Source: a phage
Sequence record: PP754824.1
Direction: 5' to 3' (one strand)
Length of the DNA: 42,515 bases
The notes beneath the pieces are model-generated. The model searched no databases. It saw only the letters and a program-made list of their open reading frames with translations, and was not told where the DNA came from. A program made the position numbers and the translations under genes. This document shows, one piece after another, positions 1 to 8,950 of the stretch; position 1 is the first letter of the stretch; each line of letters begins with the position of its first letter.

Positions 1-381
1 AGAACGTCCCACTTTAGCGGCAACAACGCCACTTTCATTTACGAAAACCTTGTCACCAAATGCCGGAGCAGCTGCAAGAGTAGTGCGAACCCAAATACGA
101 CCAGAAGTCATTACGTTAACTGCCTCAAGGCCGCGAGCCTGACCATCTGGAGTCTCATAATGAGATTTAACAACAACGCCGTAAGGTTTAATTGCAGTTC
201 CTGATATAGCCGGAAGGGCAACAACCTTGTGACCATCTACTGGCTGAGCGGTGCTAACACCTACGAATGTTCCAACCGGGATTCTAGTGGCAGCAGTACC
301 ACCAACTACACAAGCACCATCGATATTATACAGGGAAGTATCAGCTACCATACCTGCCAGAGCTACAGAACGAATTGCCAT
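1..381 (-). CDS. 5' portion of a ~165-aa structural gene that wraps across the window ends (continues at 42275..42515); candidate head decoration protein by position
   Basis: ATG at 381 preceded by GGAG RBS; reading frame is open to position 1 and continues in the identical sequence at the window end; sits between protease/scaffold and major capsid genes as gpD does in lambda. Confidence 0.5.
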   Translation of the reverse strand, partial: MAIRSVALAGMVADTSLYNIDGACVVGGTAATRIPVGTFVGVSTAQPVDGHKVVALPAISGTAIKPYGVVVKSHYETPDGQARGLEAVNVMTSGRIWVRTTLAAAPAFGDKVFVNESGVVAAKVGRS

Positions 382-392
382 TATCTATCTCC

Positions 393-1505
393 TTACTTTT
401 TAATTTTAGCCAGACGAGCACGTGGGTCTAATTTCTTAGGTTCGTCAGCTTTGTCAGATTTGTCGGAAGCTACGGTAGCTTTACGAACTTCAGCCATTTT
501 ATCAGAATCCTTGGCAATGTCGAACGCTGCGTCGATGTATGCGTCGGATTTATCAGCAACATCAAGGCCGGAAACTTCTTTAACGTAAGCTACTTTTATG
601 CCTTTAGCATCCAGACCATCAGTCTTAATTCCAACCTCTGCGGCTACAGTAACCAGAGCGGCAAGTGCTTCAGCGTCGGCTTTAGCAGCTTTAACGGCTT
701 TCTCGATTTCAGCAGGCATCGCGTCTACTTTAGCCTTCAGCGCATCACGCTCAGCTTCAATGCAGTCGGCTTTGGTTTTAGCGTCAACTGCATCTTTTTT
801 AATAGCTTCAATGTGTGCGGCAACTTCTGGAGAGATTTCGAACTCCTGGGCGCCATCCAGTTTAATCTTAACCATTTCTTTAACATCCTCTTTAATAGAA
901 TCAACGCTGTCAGTATACGGGTTTTCCTGTTCTGCGTCCATATTCAATTTTGCAACACCTGCGCGACCTTTGTATACCATTGCAACGTGATTAACAATAA
1001 TGTTAGTTTGCAGTGCATCAAAACGAACCCAGTCAGGTGGAATTTCATCTTGGGACTCGTAATCACCATCCAACTTGTATTCACCAGTCTCATTACTCCC
1101 CCAACCTGGAGACTCAACATCAACAGTCGAGTAGCCTACAGATAACTCGGCGGCAATGCCAGATTTAGCTTTCTCGATTGATTCCTTGTCGTAAACGGTT
1201 AGTGGAACTACCACGTTCGAATCCTGACGCATTGCTGAGCCAGACACTGAGCCTACAACTACCTGCTTGGCATTATCAACGTTAACAAACACGTGGCCTA
1301 AGGTAATCGGCTTGCCCTGATAACTTGCAAGAGAATCAGCTTTAAAGACCTCTGAAGCTGGCCTAAATTCGCGTCGTTCCGAGCCATCTGGCAGGTAGTA
1401 TGATTGCACGCCTACGCGAGCAACCACAGGTGTATCTACCAGGAATCCGTTTTCGTCAAATCGCGCTTTAACTTTTGCACTGTCATAACGAATTTTAGCT
1501 TTCAA
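393..1505 (-). CDS. prohead protease / scaffolding-like head morphogenesis protein (370 aa)
   Basis: Position directly downstream of portal; Ala/Lys/Glu/Asp-rich coiled-coil-like C-terminal half typical of scaffold proteins; family assignment is tentative. Confidence 0.5.
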   Translation of the reverse strand: MKAKIRYDSAKVKARFDENGFLVDTPVVARVGVQSYYLPDGSERREFRPASEVFKADSLASYQGKPITLGHVFVNVDNAKQVVVGSVSGSAMRQDSNVVVPLTVYDKESIEKAKSGIAAELSVGYSTVDVESPGWGSNETGEYKLDGDYESQDEIPPDWVRFDALQTNIIVNHVAMVYKGRAGVAKLNMDAEQENPYTDSVDSIKEDVKEMVKIKLDGAQEFEISPEVAAHIEAIKKDAVDAKTKADCIEAERDALKAKVDAMPAEIEKAVKAAKADAEALAALVTVAAEVGIKTDGLDAKGIKVAYVKEVSGLDVADKSDAYIDAAFDIAKDSDKMAEVRKATVASDKSDKADEPKKLDPRARLAKIKK

Positions 1506-2796
1506 TTACAATCTCCTCTTTTGGTGATTCTTCTTGTGCGGGCTGCTCAGTTACAATCGAACCTTCACCAATCTTAACCTCAGGGGCTAATGCGCGCAAG
1601 GTATCTCGTGCTTCATCTGCGTCCATTACTCCGTTAGTGATGAGAGTGGCGATTGAATCAACGTTATTCTTCAGTATTTCAGCGCGGTCCTTCTTCGATT
1701 CCTGAGCTAGCGGATTAAACTCAACTGACCATTCCTGCTCGGTTGTGATGAACGGGATTAAAAAACCAAGAACAGGGAGTAATTCTTCATTTCTCTTGCG
1801 GTCGATTAGTTTATGGAATGTCTCCAATGCTGTGTTTTGGCTTGATGACAAACCACCAACGTTACGGCCTTTGAGGATGATTTCATGAATACCACTCAGA
1901 GCAACAATCCTGTCGAATTTCTTATCCAGGAATCCATCAATCCCACCAATATCCGAGTTCAGAACACTGTACTCTTCAGACTCTGCATCAATACCAATCG
2001 CGCGACCAACGCCGGAATTATCATCAACCTGAGCCAGCCTTAACCTTGCCGCACCAAAACCTTCTGCGTCGTCACACAATTCAGCAAGCCCCTTCGCCTT
2101 CCATACCGCCTGTTGCTTACGGCGCAATAACTGGGTTGCCAGTTTCTCGCACGTCTGATAATCCTTGATTGCCTCCAGTAGGTCAGGAACCAGAACGCTA
2201 GCACCCCACCCATCATTGCCGAGACGCAATGAGCTAGGAATCTTCTCTCCATCCATAATGTGAACTCGAGAGTAATGCACATCATAAAACGTGGAGCTAC
2301 CTTCAGGTGTTATGCGGTACGTTAGTGGTTTTCCAAATCGAACATTGCGAGGATTCTCCTCCTTCGCTTGCACCCTCACCTGACTGCGATCGTATACTCG
2401 AAGCGATTCAAGTTCAGCACCTTCACGTACCGGACTAGTTAGCGCACGATTATCCTTAACGATAGCCACAATAGCTGAGCCGCCGAACAACCTCGCCCAT
2501 GACCATGCGTCAGAGATTGACTCGTTGACCTTTAGGTAATCCCACCTTGACCAGAATTCACCCTCGTTATCAATGCCATCAATATGGAAACCTGCGGCGA
2601 TTGCTGTCTCTGGGATGGTATCGACGATGCGGCGAACCAGTGAGTTAGACACGTAAAGTGAATCGGCGAATGGTGGCGCAAGGTAAGTGTTGCCGAATTG
2701 CCCGTAAATCTCGCTACCATCACTAGTTCCACCCAGGAACTGCGTGGCGTATGAATCTGCTTTTACCATTTTCTTGCTCCAATAAAAAAGCCCCAT
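1495..2796 (-). CDS. portal protein (433 aa)
   Basis: Size and position immediately downstream of terminase large subunit; start overlaps upstream gene end. Confidence 0.7.
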   Translation of the reverse strand: MGLFYWSKKMVKADSYATQFLGGTSDGSEIYGQFGNTYLAPPFADSLYVSNSLVRRIVDTIPETAIAAGFHIDGIDNEGEFWSRWDYLKVNESISDAWSWARLFGGSAIVAIVKDNRALTSPVREGAELESLRVYDRSQVRVQAKEENPRNVRFGKPLTYRITPEGSSTFYDVHYSRVHIMDGEKIPSSLRLGNDGWGASVLVPDLLEAIKDYQTCEKLATQLLRRKQQAVWKAKGLAELCDDAEGFGAARLRLAQVDDNSGVGRAIGIDAESEEYSVLNSDIGGIDGFLDKKFDRIVALSGIHEIILKGRNVGGLSSSQNTALETFHKLIDRKRNEELLPVLGFLIPFITTEQEWSVEFNPLAQESKKDRAEILKNNVDSIATLITNGVMDADEARDTLRALAPEVKIGEGSIVTEQPAQEESPKEEIVIES

Positions 2797-2818
2797 TTAA
2801 GAGGCTAGTTTATCACGC

Positions 2819-4390
2819 TTATTTAATTCCTGCTAATCGCATCATTCTCGCTTTAGGGTCTTCTGCGATGTTCAGTACCAGGTTGACAGCCATCGTCAAA
2901 CAGTCTATCTGGTCATCGTGCGAGTGAGAATCATCTGCCGTAAATGCTGAAATCTCTGTTAGCAATCCGTTAAGCCAATTTGCTGACTCCGGCAGGATAA
3001 CGTTGCCAGCCTTAATCTGAGGAAGTGCACTCATTACGCGAGTCAGCTTGTCGTTATCTGGCACGTATGGCTCGATAGGCGTTCGCATAACCCTTCCTGC
3101 TGATTGAATCAGACCTATACCAGATGCTTTCTTCTCGATGATGATTTTACGAAGGATACCATCTGTCTGATTGGATGCCCTTGCCATCCTCTCGAAGTCT
3201 AATAGCTCTGCCTCTAGCTCTGGCGCCTCCCATTTACCACGTCGCTGGTCTAACAGGTAAATCTTGCCATCCTTATAGCCCCAGAGTTGCAGTACACTAA
3301 AGTCACTGTAGCTTTTAGTGGTCATCGCGGTATCAAGCGTCATGAACCTGTAATCGTACTTAGCTGGCGGTCGCAGGGTGTCACTAATGCGCTGGAGCCA
3401 GTCTACGTTAATCAGGTTGCCACCTAGAGCTACAGGCTCCTGAGCATATTGACTAAGGAATGTGTAAGGATCAGCATCACGCATGGCTATCAAGTCTTCT
3501 ATTGATTCCTTTGCTGGGAAGTAGCTGTAATACTTAACCCCATCGCGCTCTACAAATGGCGAAGAAAGAACGTCATCTATAAACTGCTGCCTAATCCATT
3601 CAGGAAGCGTGTCGGCGTATTCTTCCGTGACTATTGCTGGAATTTTAACCACGTCGAATTTTATCCCCATCTGCCCGGACTCCATGAAGTGACTAGTGTC
3701 AAGAACATGAAGCCTTTGCTGAACGGCTAATATTGGAGTCTCTTTTCCCTTAACTGAACTCGCCCTTCGTGAGCGAATTGTGTTCTTGAGAAGCATATTA
3801 ACAGCCTCCCTCCTTACATTACTAAGCGCATCATCTGGCTTCAGCGGGTCATCAAGCATTATGCATCCACTGTAATCATCGGTCATGTAACCACCACGCG
3901 AACCAGTCACCTGTCCAGCCATTGCCTTAGATATCGATTCAAACCTCACCTTTCCATCTTCATCTAGAACCTGAATCTCATCATCCCTGCAAGTCCCAAA
4001 TGAGCAAGGCCAAAGTTCCTGAAACTCCTTTGACTTAATCAGGTCGCGCACACGCTTTGAGTTACGCTTAACCAATGAGTCAGAGAACGACAAACTAAGA
4101 TTTCTAACCTTCTTAATCTTGATCATGCTATATACAGGGAAATGTATACTAAAGAGCTCGGTTTTGGCTGATCCAGGAGCTACGTTTATGATGGTATCCT
4201 TTCTCTTACCATCAAGAATCTCATCTATGACACGACAAAGGTATTTAGCATGCCAATTCATTTTGAATCTCTCGCCTTGCGTTATCTGAAAGAAGCACCG
4301 CAAGAACCCTTCGAAACTATGCTCAGAGATTGCCTTTATAGCCATCTTTTCAGCGTGAGTCAGTTCATCCCAGACTATTAATTCACTCAT
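2819..4390 (-). CDS. terL: terminase large subunit
   Basis: Walker A-like VAPGSAKT, Walker B-like CIMLDD, acidic C-terminal nuclease region; 523 aa. Confidence 0.9.
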   Translation of the reverse strand: MSELIVWDELTHAEKMAIKAISEHSFEGFLRCFFQITQGERFKMNWHAKYLCRVIDEILDGKRKDTIINVAPGSAKTELFSIHFPVYSMIKIKKVRNLSLSFSDSLVKRNSKRVRDLIKSKEFQELWPCSFGTCRDDEIQVLDEDGKVRFESISKAMAGQVTGSRGGYMTDDYSGCIMLDDPLKPDDALSNVRREAVNMLLKNTIRSRRASSVKGKETPILAVQQRLHVLDTSHFMESGQMGIKFDVVKIPAIVTEEYADTLPEWIRQQFIDDVLSSPFVERDGVKYYSYFPAKESIEDLIAMRDADPYTFLSQYAQEPVALGGNLINVDWLQRISDTLRPPAKYDYRFMTLDTAMTTKSYSDFSVLQLWGYKDGKIYLLDQRRGKWEAPELEAELLDFERMARASNQTDGILRKIIIEKKASGIGLIQSAGRVMRTPIEPYVPDNDKLTRVMSALPQIKAGNVILPESANWLNGLLTEISAFTADDSHSHDDQIDCLTMAVNLVLNIAEDPKARMMRLAGIK

Positions 4391-4392
4391 TG

Positions 4393-4899
4393 TTACGCTC
4401 TCGTATTTAGGTAGCCTTTATTTTCAGAGCCATGATTTTCATGATATCCGTTCAATTTGTCATACTGCGACCTTGCCAATGCAGCCTCCTCTATAGTGTC
4501 CTTGTAGCATATGAAGACTGTTTTACCAAACTCTCTAGCCTGAACAAGCCATCTATTCTCTCTTTTGCACCAGCTTACACCGTTTATTCCGCTTTTATTT
4601 CTTGATGATAGTGATCTGTTATTTGAGTTCTCTTTATTGCTTACTAACCTTAAGTTCTCTATTCTATTGTCACTTCTATTTTGGTTTATGTGATCTATGT
4701 ACATGCCTTTAGGGATTGCTCCATTGTGCATCTCCCACACCACCCTGTGACACCTGTATGCTTTTTGTCTATACTTTAGTATCACATAGCCAAATTTATC
4801 AACTCTTCCGGCCACCTCTCCAACCTTTGATACATTTGCTACTTTTACCTTTCTTATTAAAAGCCCGTCTCTATATTCAAAAATATCATGCCAATTCAT
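4393..4899 (-). CDS. HNH homing endonuclease (HNH_3 + AP2-like domain)
   Basis: IDHINQNRSDNRIENLRLVS HNH motif followed by SGINGVSWCKRENRW AP2-like segment; N-terminus MNWHDIFEYRDGLL is paralogous to 33191..33661; inserted between terS and terL. Confidence 0.85.
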   Translation of the reverse strand: MNWHDIFEYRDGLLIRKVKVANVSKVGEVAGRVDKFGYVILKYRQKAYRCHRVVWEMHNGAIPKGMYIDHINQNRSDNRIENLRLVSNKENSNNRSLSSRNKSGINGVSWCKRENRWLVQAREFGKTVFICYKDTIEEAALARSQYDKLNGYHENHGSENKGYLNTRA

Positions 4900-4927
4900 A
4901 TGATCACCTCGCTAGTTTGTTGGGCCC

Positions 4928-4970
4928 ATTATCTCATTGATTGGGCCTCTTCTTTTAACAAAAAGTGCTA
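4928..4970 (-). promoter_or_regulatory. conserved promoter box, variant TAGCACTTTTTGTTAA, 22-nt spacer, -10 GATAAT
   Basis: Member of the repeated box family; the -10 lies inside an inverted repeat GGGCCCA..TGGGCC; about 30 nt upstream of the HNH start. Confidence 0.5.
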
Positions 4971-5492
4971 CAGCTTACTAATCACAGACTCCAGCGCTTC
5001 CTTCATCGTGCCAACGTCGTTAGCTGAAGAGTTATTGCTTATAGTAATCTCCTGCGGCTTATCGATGCCAAGTTCTTTGGAAATCATGCCAGGGTTAACA
5101 ATGCCAGACGCTGCCAGCTGATACTTCTGCTCGCGAATCACGGAATCAATGAATGCAATTACCTCGTCATAACCCGCCGACTTCCTCCATTTCTCTATTG
5201 CGCTATGGGTAACACCGCAGTAAAGGCAGAATCCTGTTAGTGTGAAGACTCGTGGCTTGTGCACCAGATTCTCGGTTACGACACCCTGGAAGCTGGCTGT
5301 CTCAATTGCCTTGATTGCCTGGCTCTCAGCCCATGAGAAGTATTTCACGGCCAGGTCGAATAGCTGCTCTGGGGTCATTATTCGGTTTTTGGACAGAGTT
5401 GTAATGTCAGAATACTTTTTGTTGTACATGGCTTTGAAGTTGCCAGAGCGAATCTTTTCTTGCGCCTGGCTGGTGAAGTTTTCGTCTTTCAT
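4968..5492 (-). CDS. putative terminase small subunit (174 aa)
   Basis: First gene after the early/late terminator and immediately upstream (HNH insertion apart) of terL; assignment by position and size. Confidence 0.5.
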   Translation of the reverse strand: MKDENFTSQAQEKIRSGNFKAMYNKKYSDITTLSKNRIMTPEQLFDLAVKYFSWAESQAIKAIETASFQGVVTENLVHKPRVFTLTGFCLYCGVTHSAIEKWRKSAGYDEVIAFIDSVIREQKYQLAASGIVNPGMISKELGIDKPQEITISNNSSANDVGTMKEALESVISKL

Positions 5493-5537
5493 TTGTGACC
5501 TCCTTTGTTGATGTAAGATTATACCATATTACAGACG

Positions 5538-5561
5538 TAAAAAAGCCCTCAAGAAGAGGGC
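5538..5561 (-). terminator. rho-independent terminator (minus strand)
   Basis: Hairpin GCCCTCTTCTTGAGGGC followed by a T-run on the minus strand; separates the early gene/tRNA region from the packaging operon. Confidence 0.6.
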
Positions 5562-5614
5562 GAATTATCGAACAACAACGAGAGAGATGAAACAACCAGA
5601 GAGTAGAACTTCTT

Positions 5615-5797
5615 TTACTTTCGCTCACGAACGTAAGTTACTAGGAATTTGTGGTAATCCGGGTCGGCACCAGACATTACCTTTACTTTCGCTACCGCTT
5701 CCTCTGAGGACTCAGCGGTAACCGACGCGATAAATTCTTGCTGACAATTCTTACAGCTTCGACCCATTAAGCGGATTGAAAGCTTAACATCCCACAT
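5615..5797 (-). CDS. hypothetical protein (60 aa)
   Basis: ORF track only. Confidence 0.4.
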   Translation of the reverse strand: MWDVKLSIRLMGRSCKNCQQEFIASVTAESSEEAVAKVKVMSGADPDYHKFLVTYVRERK

Positions 5798-5813
5798 AAT
5801 GAATCTCCTTTAT

Positions 5814-5889
5814 TGGTGTTCCGCGCTGGACTCGAACCAGCAACTAAGACTTAGGAGGTCTTTGCGTTATCCTGTTACGCCAGCAGAAC
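5814..5889 (-). tRNA. tRNA-Arg (anticodon CCU), CCA encoded
   Basis: Hand-folded cloverleaf on the minus strand: 7-bp acceptor stem GTTCTGC/GCGGAAC (one G-U), D-arm GCGT/ACGC, anticodon stem AAGAC/GTCTT with loop CTCCTAA, T-arm GCTGG-TTCGAGT-CCAGC, discriminator A, CCA. Confidence 0.8.
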
Positions 5890-5900
5890 AAATATTTAAG

Positions 5901-5917
5901 TAGCGATTGCGCTATTT
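5901..5917 (-). promoter_or_regulatory. box-family variant (AATAGCGCAATCGCTA) 12 nt upstream of the tRNA
   Basis: Palindromic variant of the repeated box; no -10 at the usual 22-nt spacing, which would fall inside the tRNA. Confidence 0.35.
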
Positions 5918-6088
5918 AAAGATTGCTGGTTACGCCTCCAGCGTCGAGTTTCTCGACCGGTTATTGAGGTTTGCGCCTTATCCTCTTTGGCCAACTTGCC
6001 ATGCACGCTACTTAATTAGCAATGGACTTTGTGTTGCGCTCCGTGCGCCGTTCTAGCTTGGCTAGCTCGTATGCCTACGAGATAAATA

Positions 6089-6355
6089 CTAATACTTTCC
6101 TGTCAGTGATGCAATCTCTTTTTCATACCTAACGAAATCCAGCGTGCTTTTACAAACCATTAGGTCAACATTTGAGTTAACAATCTTCCCGCAAACTGTA
6201 CAGATTAGCTTTGTCCTACACCCATCCTGATACGAATCCTCAAACCAACTTATGCGTCGGAATAATCTATATTTATGCTTATGTAGAATTCCGACCTTAA
6301 ACATTAGTGACTTGATCTTATTCATAAAGGCTATTCCCATTCTCATCGTGGTCAA
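6089..6355 (-). CDS. hypothetical protein (88 aa)
   Basis: ORF track only. Confidence 0.4.
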   Translation of the reverse strand: MTTMRMGIAFMNKIKSLMFKVGILHKHKYRLFRRISWFEDSYQDGCRTKLICTVCGKIVNSNVDLMVCKSTLDFVRYEKEIASLTGKY

Positions 6356-6554
6356 CGCGACCTTTTCTATACCCAGCTATCCACACAAATTTATCCCTCG
6401 CAATTAGCGTAGACACAGGACCCCAAACCTGAGTAATCAGTGCTGCGACAACTTTATCGTCTTTCTTCTTTGCGCCCAACTTTCCGTACTCGTCGTTCAG
6501 CTTGTCAGCCTGGTGCTTAACTGCGTTGAAGTATGCATCTTCTAATCCGAACAT
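6318..6554 (-). CDS. hypothetical protein (78 aa)
   Basis: ORF track; promoter box and -10 upstream. Confidence 0.45.
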   Translation of the reverse strand: MFGLEDAYFNAVKHQADKLNDEYGKLGAKKKDDKVVAALITQVWGPVSTLIARDKFVWIAGYRKGRVDHDENGNSLYE

Positions 6555-6583
6555 TTTCTGCCCTCTCGTTGTTTGATTGGTTG

Positions 6584-6630
6584 ATTATATGGCATCAATG
6601 CCTGTCACGTTTAGCTATTCGTGCTGTCTA
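6584..6630 (-). promoter_or_regulatory. conserved promoter box (CAGCACGAATAGCTAA), 22-nt spacer, -10 TATAAT
   Basis: Box overlaps the 3' end of the upstream small ORF; spacer contains hairpin GGCATTGATGCC. Confidence 0.55.
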
Positions 6631-6769
6631 CATCTGGCCCTCTATCAAAAGTTGCTAATACTTCGTCTGTATCGCCATCGCACTCAAACGTGTCACCGTA
6701 TTTCTCATTGAAGTAGATTAAATCCTCAACAAATTCATCACATTTCGGGAATAAACATGTGTTAAGCAT
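6611..6769 (-). CDS. small hypothetical protein (52 aa)
   Basis: ATG at 6769 overlaps stop of upstream ORF (ATGCTTAA); below the 60-aa ORF-track cutoff; stop codon lies inside the promoter box. Confidence 0.35.
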   Translation of the reverse strand: MLNTCLFPKCDEFVEDLIYFNEKYGDTFECDGDTDEVLATFDRGPDVDSTNS

Positions 6770-6920
6770 TTTTCTTATCCTCGCCCTTATTTAGACCACG
6801 CTTTTCCTCACGCTCTTTCCAGATATTCATTAACTCAAAGTACATCATGGCAATCTCGCCAGTCTCAGCATCATCCATCATTCTCTTAGCCCACTGGCTT
6901 GGTTTTTCGTAGTTATCCAT
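6762..6920 (-). CDS. small hypothetical protein (52 aa)
   Basis: Hand-translated minus-strand ORF in a tightly packed early gene array. Confidence 0.3.
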   Translation of the reverse strand: MDNYEKPSQWAKRMMDDAETGEIAMMYFELMNIWKEREEKRGLNKGEDKKNA

Positions 6921-6938
6921 CTAATCGCATGCCTTAAA

Positions 6939-7073
6939 TTATAGTTCGTTAGAATGCGTTTTAGCATCGTCTACGGCTGCCGAAATAATGTAAATAATCG
7001 CGAAGCCCAGAGACCACAACAACCATGGTAAAGCCTCAACTAAAACCTCGTCAATCATAAGTTCCGTGTGCAT
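6939..7073 (-). CDS. small hydrophobic protein (44 aa)
   Basis: Hand-translated; contains hydrophobic stretch LPWLLWSLGFAIIYIISAAV. Confidence 0.3.
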   Translation of the reverse strand: MHTELMIDEVLVEALPWLLWSLGFAIIYIISAAVDDAKTHSNEL

Positions 7074-7083
7074 CTTGTTTTCC

Positions 7084-7263
7084 TTAAATCTTGTTCAATT
7101 GCTCAAGAATTTCGTAAGCCAGTTCTCTAGCTTGCTCTTCTGTTAAGTGGATGGTGTGAACTTGAGGTTCGTCACGCATTCCGCAAGCCTGAGCAATGAT
7201 GAATGTTGCGTAGCCGTCGGAGTGGTTAGCCTGAAGTTTTGGTTCTGATTGTCGGAATCTCAT
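7084..7263 (-). CDS. small hypothetical protein (59 aa)
   Basis: ATGA start/stop overlap with the upstream gene 7260..7469. Confidence 0.35.
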   Translation of the reverse strand: MRFRQSEPKLQANHSDGYATFIIAQACGMRDEPQVHTIHLTEEQARELAYEILEQLNKI

Positions 7264-7469
7264 TCTTCAATTACCTCGTATTCGCCTTCTTGCAAACTAA
7301 TCTCGTTGCCGATTGTTACTAAATCAGTATCACGAATCGCCTGAACTGATAAGCTACCATCTTTATACTTACCGGAAACATCAACAATATCACCAACCTG
7401 GAAACCGCAATCAGCAAGGCTAAGTTCGTCACCATCAGCAATGTCAACTTCAATAATCTTGATTCTCAT
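7260..7469 (-). CDS. small acidic protein (69 aa)
   Basis: ORF track; strongly D/E-rich; promoter box plus CATAAT upstream and TGGAG RBS. Confidence 0.5.
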   Translation of the reverse strand: MRIKIIEVDIADGDELSLADCGFQVGDIVDVSGKYKDGSLSVQAIRDTDLVTIGNEISLQEGEYEVIEE

Positions 7470-7500
7470 CTCTATACTCCATCGTGTTGTCGATGTGGTA

Positions 7501-7548
7501 ATTATGCCGGATTTCTCCGGCGATTGTTTAGCAATTCGTGCTATTGTC
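7501..7548 (-). promoter_or_regulatory. conserved promoter box (AATAGCACGAATTGCTAAACAATCGCC), 22-nt spacer, -10 CATAAT
   Basis: Canonical box copy; TAG stop of 7541..7879 lies inside the box; spacer hairpin CCGGAGAAATCCGG. Confidence 0.6.
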
Positions 7549-7879
7549 CATTCAGGAGTAATTTAGCTTCCCGATAAAACTCCATCGCCGCCTCAACCTC
7601 TTCCTCGCTGTACCGCAAGTGGTATGGTAGTCTACTAGGATGCTCACCTTCGTATACTTTGAAGTTAGGTTCCCAACACTCATCAAGGATTGCAGGGTGA
7701 ACATAAATCTTATCACCAATCATGCAGACGAGATTCATCTTCTCTAGGTCTGGGATAAGTCCCTCCTGAAGCCTCGCCGTTAGTCTGACATTACGTGAAT
7801 CAACTGGTTTTGATTTCCTGAGGCCTTCGTATAATGACCTAACACCAAGCACCCCTTTCCCGTTTCTTCCCATTTTCAT
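7541..7879 (-). CDS. stand-alone paralogue of the C-terminal domain of the 527-aa P-loop protein (112 aa)
   Basis: NGKGVLGVRSLYE...MIGDKIYVHP aligns with NGKGVVGVRSLYE...LIGDKIYINP at the C-terminus of 10672..12255. Confidence 0.6.
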   Translation of the reverse strand: MKMGRNGKGVLGVRSLYEGLRKSKPVDSRNVRLTARLQEGLIPDLEKMNLVCMIGDKIYVHPAILDECWEPNFKVYEGEHPSRLPYHLRYSEEEVEAAMEFYREAKLLLNGQ

Positions 7880-7966
7880 AATTAGATTAACAAGAACCGC
7901 ATGCTCGCTACCTTTGTAGATTGACGATGCATCAGGGCGACCCCAGAAGCGCTGAGTTTGCCGATA

Positions 7967-8074
7967 TCAGTTATTACTGATTGCCACGCGAAGAATTGAG
8001 TAACCATCACGCTGCGCAATTCTTACGATTTCCTCGCCACTTAGCTTCACATCATTGAAATCAAACATTCCCAT
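7967..8074 (-). pseudogene. short ORF (35 aa) paralogous to the N-terminus of the 527-aa P-loop protein; probable remnant of an internally deleted gene copy
   Basis: MGMFDFNDVKLSGEEIVRIAQRDGYSILRVAISNN versus MFDFNEDKLSVEQVMAIAATDNLPPLRVAINAN; followed about 85 nt later by the C-terminal-domain paralogue. Confidence 0.45.
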
Positions 8075-8592
8075 TATTTGGTCTCCTTGATAAGTTCCTG
8101 GTAAGCGGTTAGTGCGAACATTGCGCCATTAAGCTCCTCGCCTTTCAGGTGGATTACGCTCGGAGTAACTGCAAGAAGTCGCTTCTTGAACTTCTCAATG
8201 ATAGCCGCCTCCCTCTCTTCCCCTGCTTTGCTTCGTGAGCCATGATTGATTGCACCAGGAACAAGCGAGATTACCGCAGAACGAACCTCCTCACCATTAA
8301 ACTCCATATCCTTTATCGAGAACATGGACCTGACGTTTGCAGCCTTAATTTCAGGCATGCGACTTACTGTGTTTGAAACGTATGAGGACTTCAGCTTATT
8401 GAGATTGTACTTACCATCCGGCTTAAGGTCTTCATCATAAACCTTGCTAATTTCCTCCTTGCTAAGCCCGTACACCTGGCGAACAATCATACGCACTGGT
8501 ACTGCAAATGATTTCGTGTCGCTATTTAAAGCCTGAGTCGCCATGTAGCGAACTACTTCACCAAGACTTACTGCTTCTTTACGTTCTGACAT
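8074..8592 (-). CDS. hypothetical early protein (172 aa)
   Basis: ORF track; first gene of the leftward early unit. Confidence 0.55.
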   Translation of the reverse strand: MSERKEAVSLGEVVRYMATQALNSDTKSFAVPVRMIVRQVYGLSKEEISKVYDEDLKPDGKYNLNKLKSSYVSNTVSRMPEIKAANVRSMFSIKDMEFNGEEVRSAVISLVPGAINHGSRSKAGEEREAAIIEKFKKRLLAVTPSVIHLKGEELNGAMFALTAYQELIKETK

Positions 8593-8634
8593 TCTTATTA
8601 CTCCTGATTGGTTGCTCTTCGTTAAGATGCATCC

Positions 8635-8662
8635 ATAGTATCACACATCTACATGTTATCAA
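8635..8662 (-). promoter_or_regulatory. candidate sigma70-type early leftward promoter (-35 TTGATA, 16-nt spacer, -10 TACTAT)
   Basis: Read on the minus strand about 40 nt upstream of the 8592 start; overlaps three spaced TGTTATC repeats. Confidence 0.4.
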
Positions 8663-8845
8663 GTGTTATCTCATGTTATTTTCAGCCAGATACGCCAAAC
8701 CACTCTGAGAGCCGCGCCAGAAGCGGTGTAAATGTCGTGTGTATGAATTTCCGCGGAAATGTCGGGGGTATACCTATATATATTAATATAGATAAATATA
8801 GTCATTTTCATAAAAAACTATCGACCCTCCCCATATGACAGATAT

Positions 8846-8950
8846 ACAAGATATACATATATATAATAATAATAATAATAATAAAGTAAAAGGTTGATAT
8901 ATATAGATATTATTATGTAACCATTGCGTAATTGCGCGTTATAGGCGTAC
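8846..8950. repeat. AT-rich ~100-bp element, copy A, with (TAA)n microsatellite
   Basis: Near-identical to 24310..24420: shared GATATACA, (ATA/TAA)n, AGTAAAAGGTTGATATATATAGATATT, ATGTAACCA, TGCGTAA. Confidence 0.7.

Noticed and set aside
229-1145. Plus-strand ORFs 229..588, 598..990 and 813..1145
   Set aside because: They lie antisense to the well-supported minus-strand structural genes, are Ala/Ser/Thr-rich as expected for reverse frames of such genes, and have no RBS or promoter context.
2040-2732. Minus-strand ORFs 2040..2285 and 2532..2732 nested in the portal gene
   Set aside because: Alternative frames inside a longer, better-supported ORF.
5890-6088. Possible second tRNA next to tRNA-Arg
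   Set aside because: Hairpins are present, but I could not assemble a cloverleaf with a T-loop and acceptor stem on either strand; left as an unexplained structured region.
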